From the NCBI GenBank assembly GCA_023213395.1, contig CM041465.1:250115741-250179740 (forward strand): a stretch of 64,000 nt of DNA. Direction: 5' to 3'. Made by a program: the position numbers and the translations under genes. Below the pieces are notes generated by a model that did no database searches, was not told the DNA's origin, and worked only from the letters and a program-made list of their open reading frames with translations. This DNA is from Cycas panzhihuaensis (lineage: Eukaryota > Plantae > Cycadophyta). Shown piece by piece: positions 35,406 to 47,901 of this stretch (its first letter is position 1; each line of letters begins with the position of its first letter).

Positions 35406-38400
35406 GGAGATGTTGGAAATAATGTACATTCCCATTTCATGTTCATTTAAATCCATTTCTCATGTCATTAGAAAATTTCTTCACATGGAATATTTTTGGT
35501 TTGAATATTCTTAGTCAAAGTCATTAAATATGGTGGTTAGTAGAAGTCAAAGATAGTTGAAGTATTAAATATAGCAATTTAGAGCTTACCATAATTTGAA
35601 GGAGTTATTAATTAATCATTATAAATTGGTTAGAACTACCTCATACGTTTAGTACATTTGTAATCTATAAATATATGGTGTACTCTATTATTTTGAGAAT
35701 GGGAAAGTTGTAGAGTTGTGATTCATTAGCGCGTAGTCATTTCTTGCATATTTGGCGTGTGGTATGTGTCATGAATCCTCCTCCTATCAACTTTTCCTAA
35801 AATAGTATCATAACACCTAAGTTTTTGACAGTTGTATGCTTGAATCTAGAGGTGATGCTATATCCATATGTTAGGTCCTATTTTAAAAAGCTTGCTTTCC
35901 TCTTAAATTTGTAAATTTGTAACTGTCTGGATAACGTGTTGTTCACTACCACTTGTGTTAAGTTGTAAATAAGATATTTGGGTGTGTTTGGAGGTAGCAT
36001 CTATTTGTTCATGCATAGGGTAAGATAGTTTTCTACTTTCTTACCTGTCGATCTGCCAATATAGAGCCAACCAACTATGAAAGTTTGGAGAGCAACCTCC
36101 ATTGTTCTACGAACTTCTATCTATTCGCTTGCCCACGTGAGGACTATCTCCCAGGCGTCGCACATCTTTTGATTGTAGCTAGCACAATCTTCAGAAATCC
36201 CTCATTCACGTGAGGTTGATGCCACAATCACAAGTTCATAACAGTTCGTAGATACGATAGTAGAGTTGCTGCTAGTCGTTGCCTAGCTGCCACTATTGGA
36301 GCCACCAGACATGCTGGAAGCAGTCACAGCCACTATTCGGGAGTTGTCATCATTGCCAGTCACCTACAAAGCTACCAACTACCACCCAATACTTTCACAA
36401 AAAATTGAAATTTGATTTGTGAAAATTTTTGAATATGTACTATATTTATAACATTATGTTATAAATATCAACATATTCTTAAGAATATTCTTAAGTGGAT
36501 TTGGATTTCCTTTTTAAAGTTTGTTTTTATTAAGAGCCTGAAAATAATATTTCTCTTTTGGATTTAATACCTTAAGAGGAACTATAATTCATCTATTTTA
36601 GAATATTTTATCAATTGGATACTACATCTTAAAGAGAATTTAAAGCTATTCAAACTTTGTATTTTATCCTTCTTTAAGTCTATTTTTTTGGCTTCACTTG
36701 AAGAGTACTTCAATAGGTTTTTTTAAAGCATTTTATTGTCTTTTGAGAGTATTTCTTGATTTATTTTAGAGTTCTTTTTGAACTTTTAATGTATACTTCT
36801 TGTGTATTATCCAACTTGTGTCACTGAATGATATGTGACATTCACACTAGCAGTGGTTTAAACACTGATTCTTTTAATCTCCATATTCCATGTTGATGTA
36901 TGTGAATATTGTTGGCCATAGCTTGATGGAATCACTGAGACTAGATGGAAGATTTATGTAATTTTCAAACCTTATAGAGGCTTATAGAAATTGTTGAAGG
37001 AGAAGACAAGAAGCCAGAAACTGATTCAATTGATGAAATTGTAGAAGCGACATGGCATGATAGGAACCTAGAAAACTGGCAATTATTAATTTGTCAGTTG
37101 TTGATGAGTTTACTCATTTTCAAGGGAAAATATTTGCATTTGATGTATGGAAGATTCTTGAAGATTTGTTCAAATTGGTGTCTTGAAACTTGCTTTATTC
37201 CTGTAAAATGTCTATGCTCTATCTCTCTTCATCTACATAAACTAAAGGAGATAAGAGTGAAATTTGTTGTTGTAGGTAAAATTGTAGAGGATATCACTCT
37301 TAACAACCTACATGAGGTCTATCATACTTTTGTAACAAGATAGGGCAACCTCAACTTCATTTCATTTGATGAGTTGGGTAGCTTATTGTTGTATGAAGAG
37401 CAGTGAATTGTGTTATTGTGATGATAGTAACAGTGTTGTGGTGTTCTCATTAAAAACACCTAACAATTCTACGAAGCAATAATGACATGCTGATAATAAT
37501 AATGCACAGGAACCAAGCATGATATTGTATGTGGATATTGCAATATTTGGAGAAGCAGGGCCAAGGGCATGGTATTCACGCATTGATGATCATAACTTAT
37601 ATGCATTGAATGAGGATAATGAAATCCTCTTTGGTAGCTTTGTATAGGCAACTTGTGGGTAGTCTCGATTATTTGACTAACACTAGGTCTAATCAACAAC
37701 AAGATATGCATTGGCACTTAGTTTTGGTTAACCTCTTGGAGCAGTAAGAAATAGTATATTGTTTCTTTGTCTTCTACCAAGGCAGTATACAAAATAGTAG
37801 TTATAGCAATCGGTGAAGCCGTTTTGGCTTAGTGGACTTCTTAACCACTTTGGACTTGTTCATTTGTTCTACGACAATCAAGGTGCCATCTAATTATTGA
37901 AGTATTTGGTTTCCATGACAGAATCAAACATGTGGAAGTTGACCATCATTCTATTCAACAACAAGTGGAGCATTGTGAAAAGAGGCTAGATGGCCTCAAC
38001 AGTCCCTAGATCTAGAAACTAGGATCACTCTAGTTCTAGTTGTAGAAATACAAACAAGTATAATAATCTCAAGGTAAAGAGAAAGCAAAGAGACAAAACA
38101 TGAATGAAGGAGCAAGAGAAAATGATACCCAATATGTGGAGTTGGAATTGGTCCAACCTCCAAAGAATGAACAGTTTGATTAGCAAACCGACAAAGATAA
38201 CAATACTCCAACTCTCTTATGAGACAATGAGGAGAGGTCTCATTATATAGAGTGAAATGAGAGAGACCTAAGGCCTTGGATGTTTGACAAGTGTCAAACA
38301 TCCAAGATACATGCCTTGCATGTAGGACATGTGTCCTTTTGGGCTCTCATGTGAGCAAAAATGCATAAGGGTCCATTTGACCTTTTAGTGACAACGTTGT

Positions 38401-38520
38401 GTCACTAGAAAGAATGTGGGTGTGCACTTTATCACTTAAGTGATAAGTCACCCCTAAAGTAAAAAGTACACATATTATATTAAAATAAAAGTACATTATC
38501 TTAACATGTAAACATAAGGT

Positions 38521-41500
38521 TTAACACCCCCCCTTACTGTTTACAATGTTAAGTCGGACACCAAGACCATCTCTGAATTTTGCAAACTTTTGTCTACCAA
38601 GAGGCTTGGTAAAGATGCCTGCTGTCTACTCCTCTCAGAGGTCTCAGACGGAGGTTGATCTCACCATTCTGCACATGCTCTCTGATGAAGTGATGGTGAA
38701 CCTCGATGTGTTTTGTTCGTGCATGAAAGACTAGATTCTTAGCTAACTTGAGTACACTTTGATTGTCGCAATGTATCCTGGTGGGGTGACCTTGCTCAAG
38801 TCCAAGTTTCCCAAGAATCCGTCGTAGCCAAATAGCCTCACAAACTGTGCTGACTGCAGCTTTGTACTCTGCTTCGGTGGAGGATAAGGTAACATTGGGT
38901 TGCTTCTTGCAACTCCACGAAACAATCACGAACCAAGGGAAAAACGATCCCGAGGTTGATTTCACCTATCTTGGCAACTCGCCTAATCGTAGTCCGAGAA
39001 CCCTTCCGTGAGTGAAGTTCTCATTATGTGCATACTCAAGGCCATGCTGCAATGTGCCTTTGATGTACTTAAGTATGCGTTTGGCTGCATTCCAGTGTAT
39101 CTGATTGGGTTGAGACATGTAACGTGAGCAAATCCCAATAGCAAATGAAATATCCGGTCAAGTGTTGGTGAGATAAATGAGACTCCCAATCAACTGCCGG
39201 TAAAGTGTGGGATCTGCTGCGACTTCCTCATTGAGAGTAAGCTTAGATCCATTCTCCGTAGGTGTAGGCGCTGTTTTGTAGTCGTGCATCCTGAACCGCT
39301 GCAAAATGTCCCAAGAATATTTCGCTTGGGAGATGAAGATATAGCCTGGCTATTGCCATATCTCAAAGCCTAAAAAATAATAGAGAAGTCCAAGATCTGT
39401 CATCTCGAAACTTCTCTTCAAATTATCTTGGAGAATATGAATTATCTTAGTGTCACTACCAGTGATCACTAAGTCATCTACATACAAGGCAACAAAAATT
39501 ATATGGTTCTTTTCATTTTTTATATACAGATTAGGATCTGAAGTAGATCGATGAAACCCATGTCTCAAGAAGTAGTCATCGATCTTTGAGTACCATGCCC
39601 TTGGAGCTTGCTTCAAGCCATATAACGCCTTTTTTAGGCGATATACAAGATGCTCCTTGCCTTGTACTTTGTAACCAGGAGGTTGCTCCAAATACACCTC
39701 CTCTTGAAGATCGCCATTAAGAAATGTGCTCTTCACGTCCATCTGGTAAATAGGCCATTTGCATTGAGCAGCTAAGGCCAAGAGAAGTATGATGGTATTC
39801 ATGTTCGCCACTGGTGCAAAAGTTTCTTCATAATCTATGCCTTCTTTTTGTTTAAATCCTTTTGCAACAAGGCGAGCTTTCTGCCTTTTAAGTGAACCAT
39901 CAGAATGGAATTTGGTCTTGTAGACCCATTTGCAACTGATTGCCTGTTTGTGTTTTGGCAATTCAACCAAATTCCAAATACCATTCTTTTCAATAGAATA
40001 GAGTTCTTCATCCATGGCAGCCTTCCAATTTTCATTTTTAGAAGCCTCCTCAAAAGTGGAAGGCTCATCAACACAAAGCACTTCAGCCATAAGTGCATAA
40101 TTGGTTTGTCCGATATTTAGATGGACGTTTTCCTTCAATGATGTGACCGTCCTGAACTGTTTGTGTGTACCATTTGGGTAACTTTTGAATTGAAGTTACT
40201 TGGACCTCAAGATCTTTTGGTGTAAGTGGTTGGTCAACAGAAGATGAACTTGGATCAAGTGGAGCAAATTCAGTTGAAGTAGACAGTCCAACTGGTGCAG
40301 ATGATGAACATGGTGTAGAAGGTTGAGAGGGAAGGAAGGCCTCAACAATCTTCTTGCCTTTGTCAACGAGAGGTTGCATGGATGCTGTTTGCACCTCCTT
40401 GTGATCTTCTTCAACAAAGATGACATCTCTTGAGAGATGTATTTTCTTCCCCATAGGATCATACGACTTGTAGGCTTTGTTGTGAATGGCATAACCTACA
40501 AAGATGCATTTTAGACTATGCTTGTCTAATTTCTTCCTTTGCTGATCGGGAATATGCATATAAGCAGTGCACCCAAAAGTTCTCAAATGGCTAACAGTAG
40601 GCTTTTTGCCAGACCATGCCTCCTCAGGTGTCATGTTGGTGACTGCTGTAGTAGGACTACGATTGGCCACATAGGCAGCTGTGTGAAATGCTTCTGCCCA
40701 GTAAGCTCGAGTGAGTCCTTGTGCATACATCATAGCTTTGGCTTTATTGGCCAAAGTTCTGTTCATTCATTCGGAGACTCCGTTTTGTTGAGGAGTGTGA
40801 AGTATCGTCAGTTGTCTCTGAATGCCGTTATCCTTGCAGTATTAGGTGAATTCATTTGATGTAAATTCACCTCCATTGTCTGTCCTGAATGTTTTGATTG
40901 AATGGCCATACTCATTTTCCACTTCAAGCTTGAATTCTTTGAACTTGGAAAATGCTTCAGATTTGTGTTTGATGGAATAGACCCAAACTTCGTGACAAAA
41001 GTCATCAATGAAGGAGATGTAATACAAAGCTCCTCCAAAAGATGATGTGGACATAGGTCCACACAAATCCGAATGTACTAGCTGCAGAGGATGTGATGTA
41101 CGCCACACTTTGCTTTTAGGGAAAGGCAAGCGATGTTGAGTTCCCATAATGCACGCTTCACAAAGACACTTTATTCCATAGATCTTTGGAAGCCCATGTA
41201 CCATGTTCTTGTTGATCATCTGCCTCAAATTGTCTAAGCTCAAATGGCCTAGACGTTGATGCCAAAGTTGCATCTTGGACAAGTAAGGAGTGACAATGGA
41301 ACTAGAGTAAGTAGAATCAAGTGTTATATTATTTGCATCCAACTTGTAGAGGCCTTGATCCTCATAGCCAACAGCTACTACTTGGTCTTCTTTGTCACTA
41401 ATTATACATTTCCTGTTTCGGAACAATACACTCATCTGTTGCTTGTCCAACTTGCTAACAGATAGTAAATTTTTGTCCATTGAAGGTATTAAATAGGCAT

Positions 41501-42714
41501 TGCCATCGGGAAATATGGAGGAAGGATTTGATGAAGAAGAAAATGGAGTTATTGTGCCTACTCCAGAAATTTTGATAGATTGATTATTCCCAAAGGTCAC
41601 TGATTGACCTTTGCCTTCCTTGATGTTGGTGATGAGCTCTTCACTTCCACTCATGTGTTGGGAAGCTCCAGAATCAATAATCCAAGTTTCATCAACCTTG
41701 GATGTCTGATATGCACAAAACAGTTTGTCTTCATCTGCAAACTGATTAGAGTGACGTTGATTGCCACCTTTGAAACCCCCCCTCCTCTTTGACCTCCTCG
41801 ATAGGCACCTCGATTTGGTCGAGGGTTGCCGCTATTATTGTCACCGAAACCGCTTCGGTATTCGACGCGGGTCCGTTGTCGCCGATTCGGATGATGACGG
41901 TTCGCTGCTAGCGTAGATCTGCTTATTTTTTCTGACAATCAGGTGCTATGTGGCCAAGTTTGCTACAATAATGACATACAACATTGGTCCTTGAAGACCC
42001 AATGCTCATGTTCCCAAACTGCTTTGAAAGTGCAGGTTTGGGTTGCTGTTTGGCCTTTGAATTGGCCGTGAATGCGCCTGATATAGATGGTTCCTCCTCA
42101 TTATCCTTAGTGTAGATTTGTTCTTTTTGAAGTAGCAGACTTTCAAATTCATTGAATGTCATATCTTTGAGAGAACCATCTCTTGTAGTAGACGAAATGA
42201 AGCCATTGTAGTCTTTCGGTAAGGCTTTGGTGATGGATGTGATCAATTCATCCCTTGTAGCTAGACTTCTAAGTGTATTCAGTTCATTACATACCTCCTT
42301 GATGGAGGAAAGAAAAGCCGACATGGGCTTGATAAACTTAATGTATCACGATTTTGCCTTAACCATTAAAATGCGAGCTTGATCTTGCCTTTCATACAAT
42401 GAGGACAAAGTGTCCCAAGCTTCCTTAGAAGTTTTAGCACCAGCAATATTTTGATCTACATGTACATCAACAATCATGTGAAGGAATGCCAAAGCAATTT
42501 CATCTTTAGCTTCCCAAGCAGCAAACAAAGCATTATCAGGTTGCACAGTAACATTTCCATTGGTAACAAGTGTCGGTCGAGGTAATCTCTCAGAAACATA
42601 ACTCCAAAATTCGTTCATGATTAGCAAGTTCTGAGTGAGTCTTTTCCATTCTTGATAATTATCTTGTCCTGTTAACTGAATGGTGCATGCATTTAGCATG
42701 TTTATGGCAGCCAT
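38521..42714 (-). pseudogene. Copia B gag-pol (frameshifted)
   Basis: gag, CHYCSKLGHIAPDC knuckle, WIIDSGAS protease, integrase (HSDLCGP, TDNGGEF), RT (LYVDDLVITG), RNase H (HCDNQS..FHARTKHIE). Confidence 0.95.
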
Positions 42715-43780
42715 ATTTGAGTTTATAAAAGCTTGAATCTAGCAGATAACTTGGAAACTCAAAGCTTTCGTCACTTAAGTTCCACCTTCTAACGAAACCA
42801 ACAGTCATGATCTTACTAGAAGATCCAACAACTGAATGGAATGATGAGGGGTGGAGGACTAGGCTATGGAGTTGGTCCAACTTGATCTTATAGAGGAGAT
42901 CCAATTGTTGGCCAAGTTAAATCTAGAACAAGGCAGGTAGGGTTGATCTACATGGATGTACCATGCTTTCCCTAGGATTTACAGCCCCAATAACACCCTT
43001 TTCGAACCTCCTTTATCTCAAGCAACCTTAATTGTCCTGCACCGAATGCAGTCGGTTGGTCCCCTAGGGAATGCACCAAGCTTAAGGTTAATTTAGAGGC
43101 AAGGTTTGAACCTTTTTCGAGCCTCTCCAATAGATTTTAAGTCACTTTTTAGCAGATTTTAAAGTGAACTTAGGTTTCTTTTTGCTTGGAAAATGTACTT
43201 ATGAAAATGCTTTGATTAAGCTTTACAATAAGAGCGGCTTCAAGAGGAAGCAATGTAAGTACATGAATATGAACACTTGTAGTGTTTTTACAATGAGCAC
43301 TTTAATGAAAATGTAGTGCTATGTTGATCTAAGTAAGAAACCAAATGCTTGATTTACAATAAGTTTTGCAAAGTACTTTTTGAAAAAAAGAGCCTAAGTA
43401 CTGAAAAAAGTAATGCAAAACTTGTGATGAAGATACAAGTGGGTTCCTTTTAATGCTGAAAAAGTGAAGGTAAGAGAACCACTTGCATGAAAATGGACAT
43501 CAAGCACTAAGTGTTAGGACTTTAAATTAGTCCCAACAATCAAAAGAAGAAGTGATTTTTATTAAGTACAAAGTGTTTGGAACCCTCTTTGAGACTAAGG
43601 GTTATTAGGTCACCATGCAAGGTGCCTTAAAAGTGTTTAAAAATTAGTGATAAATATTACTTTTTTGATATGAAAAACATTTGAAATCACTTCTCCTAAA
43701 GTCAATTAACACTTGTTCAAAAACCTTGAAAATGCCATAGAAGAGCTCAGATTCAACAGATGTAGCTTCAAAGAACAACA

Positions 43781-44240
43781 CTTTAAGTATGAAACAAATC
43801 TTTAAGTATGAAAACAACTCTCATAAAGTATGAAAACAATCTTTAAGTATGAAAAAGCAATTGTCATAAAGTATGAAAACAACTCTTTAAGTATGAAAAC
43901 ACAAATTGTTTAAGTATGAAAACAAATCTTTAAATATGAAAACAACATTTGTCATAAAGTATGAAAACAACTCTTTAAGTATGAAAAGCAATATCATAAA
44001 GTATGAAACAAATCTTTAAGTATGAAAAATCTCATAAAGTATGAAAACAAATTTTAAGTATGAAAAACAACTATCATAAAGTATGAAAAGCAAATTTTAA
44101 GTATGAAAACAAATTGTCATAAAGTATGAAAACAACTCTTTAAGTATGAAAAACAGCGGTCATAAAGTATGAAAACAACGCTTTAAGTATGAAAATACAA
44201 ATTTATTTAAGTATGAAAACAGTAGCTTTAAGTATGAAAA
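43781..44240. repeat. Array of about 22 units (19-25 bp) with near-invariant AAGTATGAAA core in the Copia B 5' leader
   Basis: Counted by eye; TTTAAG and ATAAAG variants largely alternate, with variable 5-11 nt linkers. Confidence 0.92.
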
Positions 44241-47200
44241 CCAACAATTTTTATGCTTTTTAGTGGGATTTCAAGGTCGAAAATGCCCGTAAATTGATCC
44301 ACTGCAAGAGGATTAATAACTTGAAACAAACTTCATTAAAGAGTTTCAAAGAGTCGCATAATATGCCAAAGACCGAACTATGAGAAGAAACAAATTTCGA
44401 AAATTGCTGTCCACCATGAAAAATGTGAGTACTTTGCTCAAAAACCTTGTAAAAAATTTGAAAAATAATTTCAGATTTGAGTATGGAAAGCTCCTCCTTT
44501 TAATCTACTCTAACAAAGCCTTGAACCTGCATGCTGCACTCTTGATAAAAGTCTGAAAAAAAAAATCAGATTTGAAATGTACTTGCTCCAGCCTGTAAAT
44601 ATAGCTCCAAAAGTTTGAACCTGCAAAAAAAATCTTCAAAACAAACCTTGGATCGCCTTCGGAGTGCAAAGGTCATCACCAAGAGTTTGTAGCTTTCTTC
44701 AAATCTCCTTGAGCAGCTACAAAACAGAACATAGGGAGCTAATCTCCTCTTGCTCTGATACCAAATGTGAAAAGAGGCTAGATGGCCTCAACAGTCCCTA
44801 GATCTAGAAACTAGGATCACTCTAGTTCTAGTTGCAGAAATACAAACAAGTATAATAATCTCAAGGTAAAGAGAAACCAAAGAGACAAAACATGAATGAA
44901 GGAGCAAGAGAAAATGATACCCAATATGCGGAGTTGAAATTGGTCCAACCTCTAAAGAATGAATAGTTTGATTAGCAAACTGACAAAGACAACAATACAA
45001 ACTCCAACTTATGAGACAATGAGGAGAGGTCTCATTATATAGAGTGAAATGAGAGACCTAAGGCCTTGGATGTTTGACAAGTGTCAAACATCCAAGATAC
45101 ATGCCTTGCATGTAGAACATGTGTTCATTTGGGCTCTCATGTGAGCAAAAATACATAAGGGTCCATTTGACCCTTTAGTGACAACGTTGTGTCACTAGAA
45201 AGAATGTGGGTGTGCACTTTATCACTTAAGTGATAAGTCACCCCTAAAGTAAAAAGTACACATATTATATTAAAATAAAAGTACATTATCTTAACATGTA
45301 AACATAAGGTTTAACAGAGCATAACATAGTTGAGTTGATGTATTTTCCTTTAAATGATCAAGTTGTTGATATTCTCACTAAGGTTCTGGAGTTGTGAGAA
45401 GTTTAAGACATTGACACTGATGTTTATAAGAGAAAATGAACTTAACATTATGGGAGGGTGTTGGAAATAATATACATTTCCATTTCATGTTTATTTAAGT
45501 TTACTTTTCATGTTATTAAAATATTTCTTCATATGGAATATTCTTAGTGAGATAATATTCTTAGAATATTTTTAGTCAAAGTTATTAAACATGATAGTAG
45601 AAGTCAAACATAGTTGAAATATTAAATATGGTAGTTTAAAGCCTACTATAATTTGAGGGGGTTATTAATTAACCATTATGAATTGATTAGAATTAGCTCA
45701 CATGTTTAATATATTTATAATTTACAAATATATGATGTACTCTATTATTTCGAGAATAAGAAAGTTGGAGAATTGTGATTCATTGGCACAGTCATTTCTT
45801 GCATATTTGGCATGTGGTGTGTGTCATGAATCCTCCTCCTATCCACTTTTTCCAATAGGCGATTCCTCAACCCCATCTCAGATAATTAGAGGGGACTCCT
45901 TAACCCTCTTCTAATATTCTTAAAATGAGCTCCTCTGGAAATGCTCTTCCAAGCTTAAGAAATACATGAAAGAAAACTAAGAATTAATTGTCTAAAAGCT
46001 TAAATATAACCAGGGCAATACTCAACCCTTTTATCTTAAGTTTGTAGTAACACTTCACAAGAAGAAGAATTTTCTCCAAAGATTTCATTTTCAATAGAAA
46101 TTGTACTCTCAATCTTTTGGCTATTATAGCACATAACACAAGTGTTGATAATTCACAATACTTTTGCTAAAGGATATGGACATCATTCTTTCACCATTCC
46201 ATCAAAATTCAGCATAGAAAGCCTTGTATAAGCTCATCAACAATTGGTTGGTTGCTCTCTTTTCTATCACAGAATCGGCTTTCTTCACCAAATGCTCCCT
46301 CTGCATTAGAAAGCTCTCTAAGAAAAATAAGCACACCAAAAGGCATAAGCAAGCAAGAAGTGTAGAAGCAAAAAGTGTCTTCCTTTCTCACATTTTTCAA
46401 ACTGTACCTTCTTCAGGCATGATTTAGTTTCCTATCATAATTGTCATTAATGCTAAGTGGAGAATCTAGGCTAAGTGGTTGAAATGGTGCACATAATGGG
46501 CCCCAAATTATGCTCACAATTGCCACTATTAATACAATTTACAATTGCCCACTACCTCCATTTCCACAATTATCTCCTCGTAGTGAATTTCTGGGTAGTC
46601 TTTGCCTATTCAAGTGCTTAGTTGACTTTAATACAGGTCATATGGAACTGGTTTGACATGTTTTTGACATTAAATGAGGTAGTTATGAGCAAAATTGTGA
46701 GGTTTTGCCACCAATCTTCTTGTCGCTTTGATCTTAGAAGCTCATCTGCAAGATTGCAAACTGCACTCCTTTGTATTGCCCTTTGTTTTCGTAGTGGCAG
46801 AAATGGATGCCACTCATTCCCTCATTTGCAAGCTTGTGGCTACCATGCTTTGCACTCGTAGTTTTAGGGTTGGGTGCTCAAAGGACGTTATTCATTTACC
46901 TGCTTGTGGGACTATGAGCAAGGTTCACCTGTATTCCTTGTGTTTTGCGGCTTTAGAGTTGAGCATATGAAGGGCCTCACCCATCTATTCATTTTTGGGG
47001 TCACGAGCACCCTTCTTTTGTATTCTCTTTGCTTGCAGTTTTAGGTTTGGGTGATGAGATTGTTCCGCTTGCATGTCCATTTGTGAAATGTTTAACAAAC
47101 TTATACTTAAGAAAATTTAACTTGAAGATCAACTTCAAAACTCAACATTTTTTGAGTCTTATCTCTGTTTTCAATGCTTTTCTAGTCATTAAAAAGCTAG

Positions 47201-47513
47201 AGACCTGTTCTTTCATTTGGTGGAATTTCCTTCTTGCAAATAATGTCCCTCAACTAAATTCATAATATCTTGAAGATGTCTTGTGACTCAGTATCTATCT
47301 TCTATCCTCACACTTATTCCACCCCTCTATTCTTCCCTTGTTCATATCATGTGCTCCTTAGCCTATGTTGCCTATCCAAAGCAATACAGTTAGCTTTTGT
47401 ATTATGCAAGCCACAACAGAATAAGTTACATTATAAGGTGTTAGAGAAAAGAGGTCCAATACCTCGAAACATATTATGACTCAAACAAATTAGCTACTCT
47501 AATAGACACAAGG

Positions 47514-47740
47514 TTGGTGCATCCTCACACCTTGTGGAACGTGAAATAAACTTCCACCTTACATAGGATGTACAAAGACAAAATAAGAACTAGATGGTGC
47601 ACCCCCAATACATGGTAGAACATGGAGTAAACTTCCACCTTACATAGGATGAACATAAACAAAAATAAATACTAGATGGTGCACTCTTAACACTTGGTGG
47701 AGCATGAAATAAGCTTCCACCTTACATAGGGTGAATAGAC
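47514..47740. repeat. About 80-bp tandem repeat, 3 copies, probably within the 3' LTR of Gypsy G2
   Basis: ggtgca.c....acac.tggt.ga.catg..ataa.cttccaccttacatagg occurs three times. Confidence 0.8.
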
Positions 47741-47901
47741 ACTGTGAAGTGAAGAGGACTTTACATTGGAACAATAGATAAGAAATGAAGAAAAGTCTTT
47801 ACATGCATATGTACATAAGTGAGAATCATCATGATTTATTTAGAAGTAACTTATATAAGAAGTATATGAAAGTCTGATCATCTTGGGGTTGGGTTCTGAC
47901 A

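Larger units (their letters stand above)
37974..45316 (-). mobile_element. Ty1/Copia LTR retrotransposon B, near full length
   Basis: LTRs 37974-38526 and 44766-45316 (about 96-97% identical), PBS gctctgatacca 44752-44763, G-rich PPT, flanking duplication GAGCAT. Confidence 0.96.
35411..45857 (+). mobile_element. Old internally deleted Ty1/Copia element hosting Copia B
   Basis: LTRs 35411-~35801 and 45459-45857, TSD GGAGA/GGCGA, degenerate PBS tagtatcataac, gag remnant ~36850-37420, RT-end/RNase H remnant 37620-37973 and 45323-45440, PPT gggaggg. Confidence 0.85.

Noticed and set aside
43781-44240. CRISPR-like repeat-spacer appearance
   Set aside because: Core is only about 10-13 bp, linkers are 5-11 nt and related to each other, there are no cas genes, and the context is a eukaryotic retrotransposon
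46200-46430. Possible retroelement accessory ORF (ELIQ..FYAEF resembling LVREFYAN)
   Set aside because: Single short frameshifted motif; not enough to call a feature
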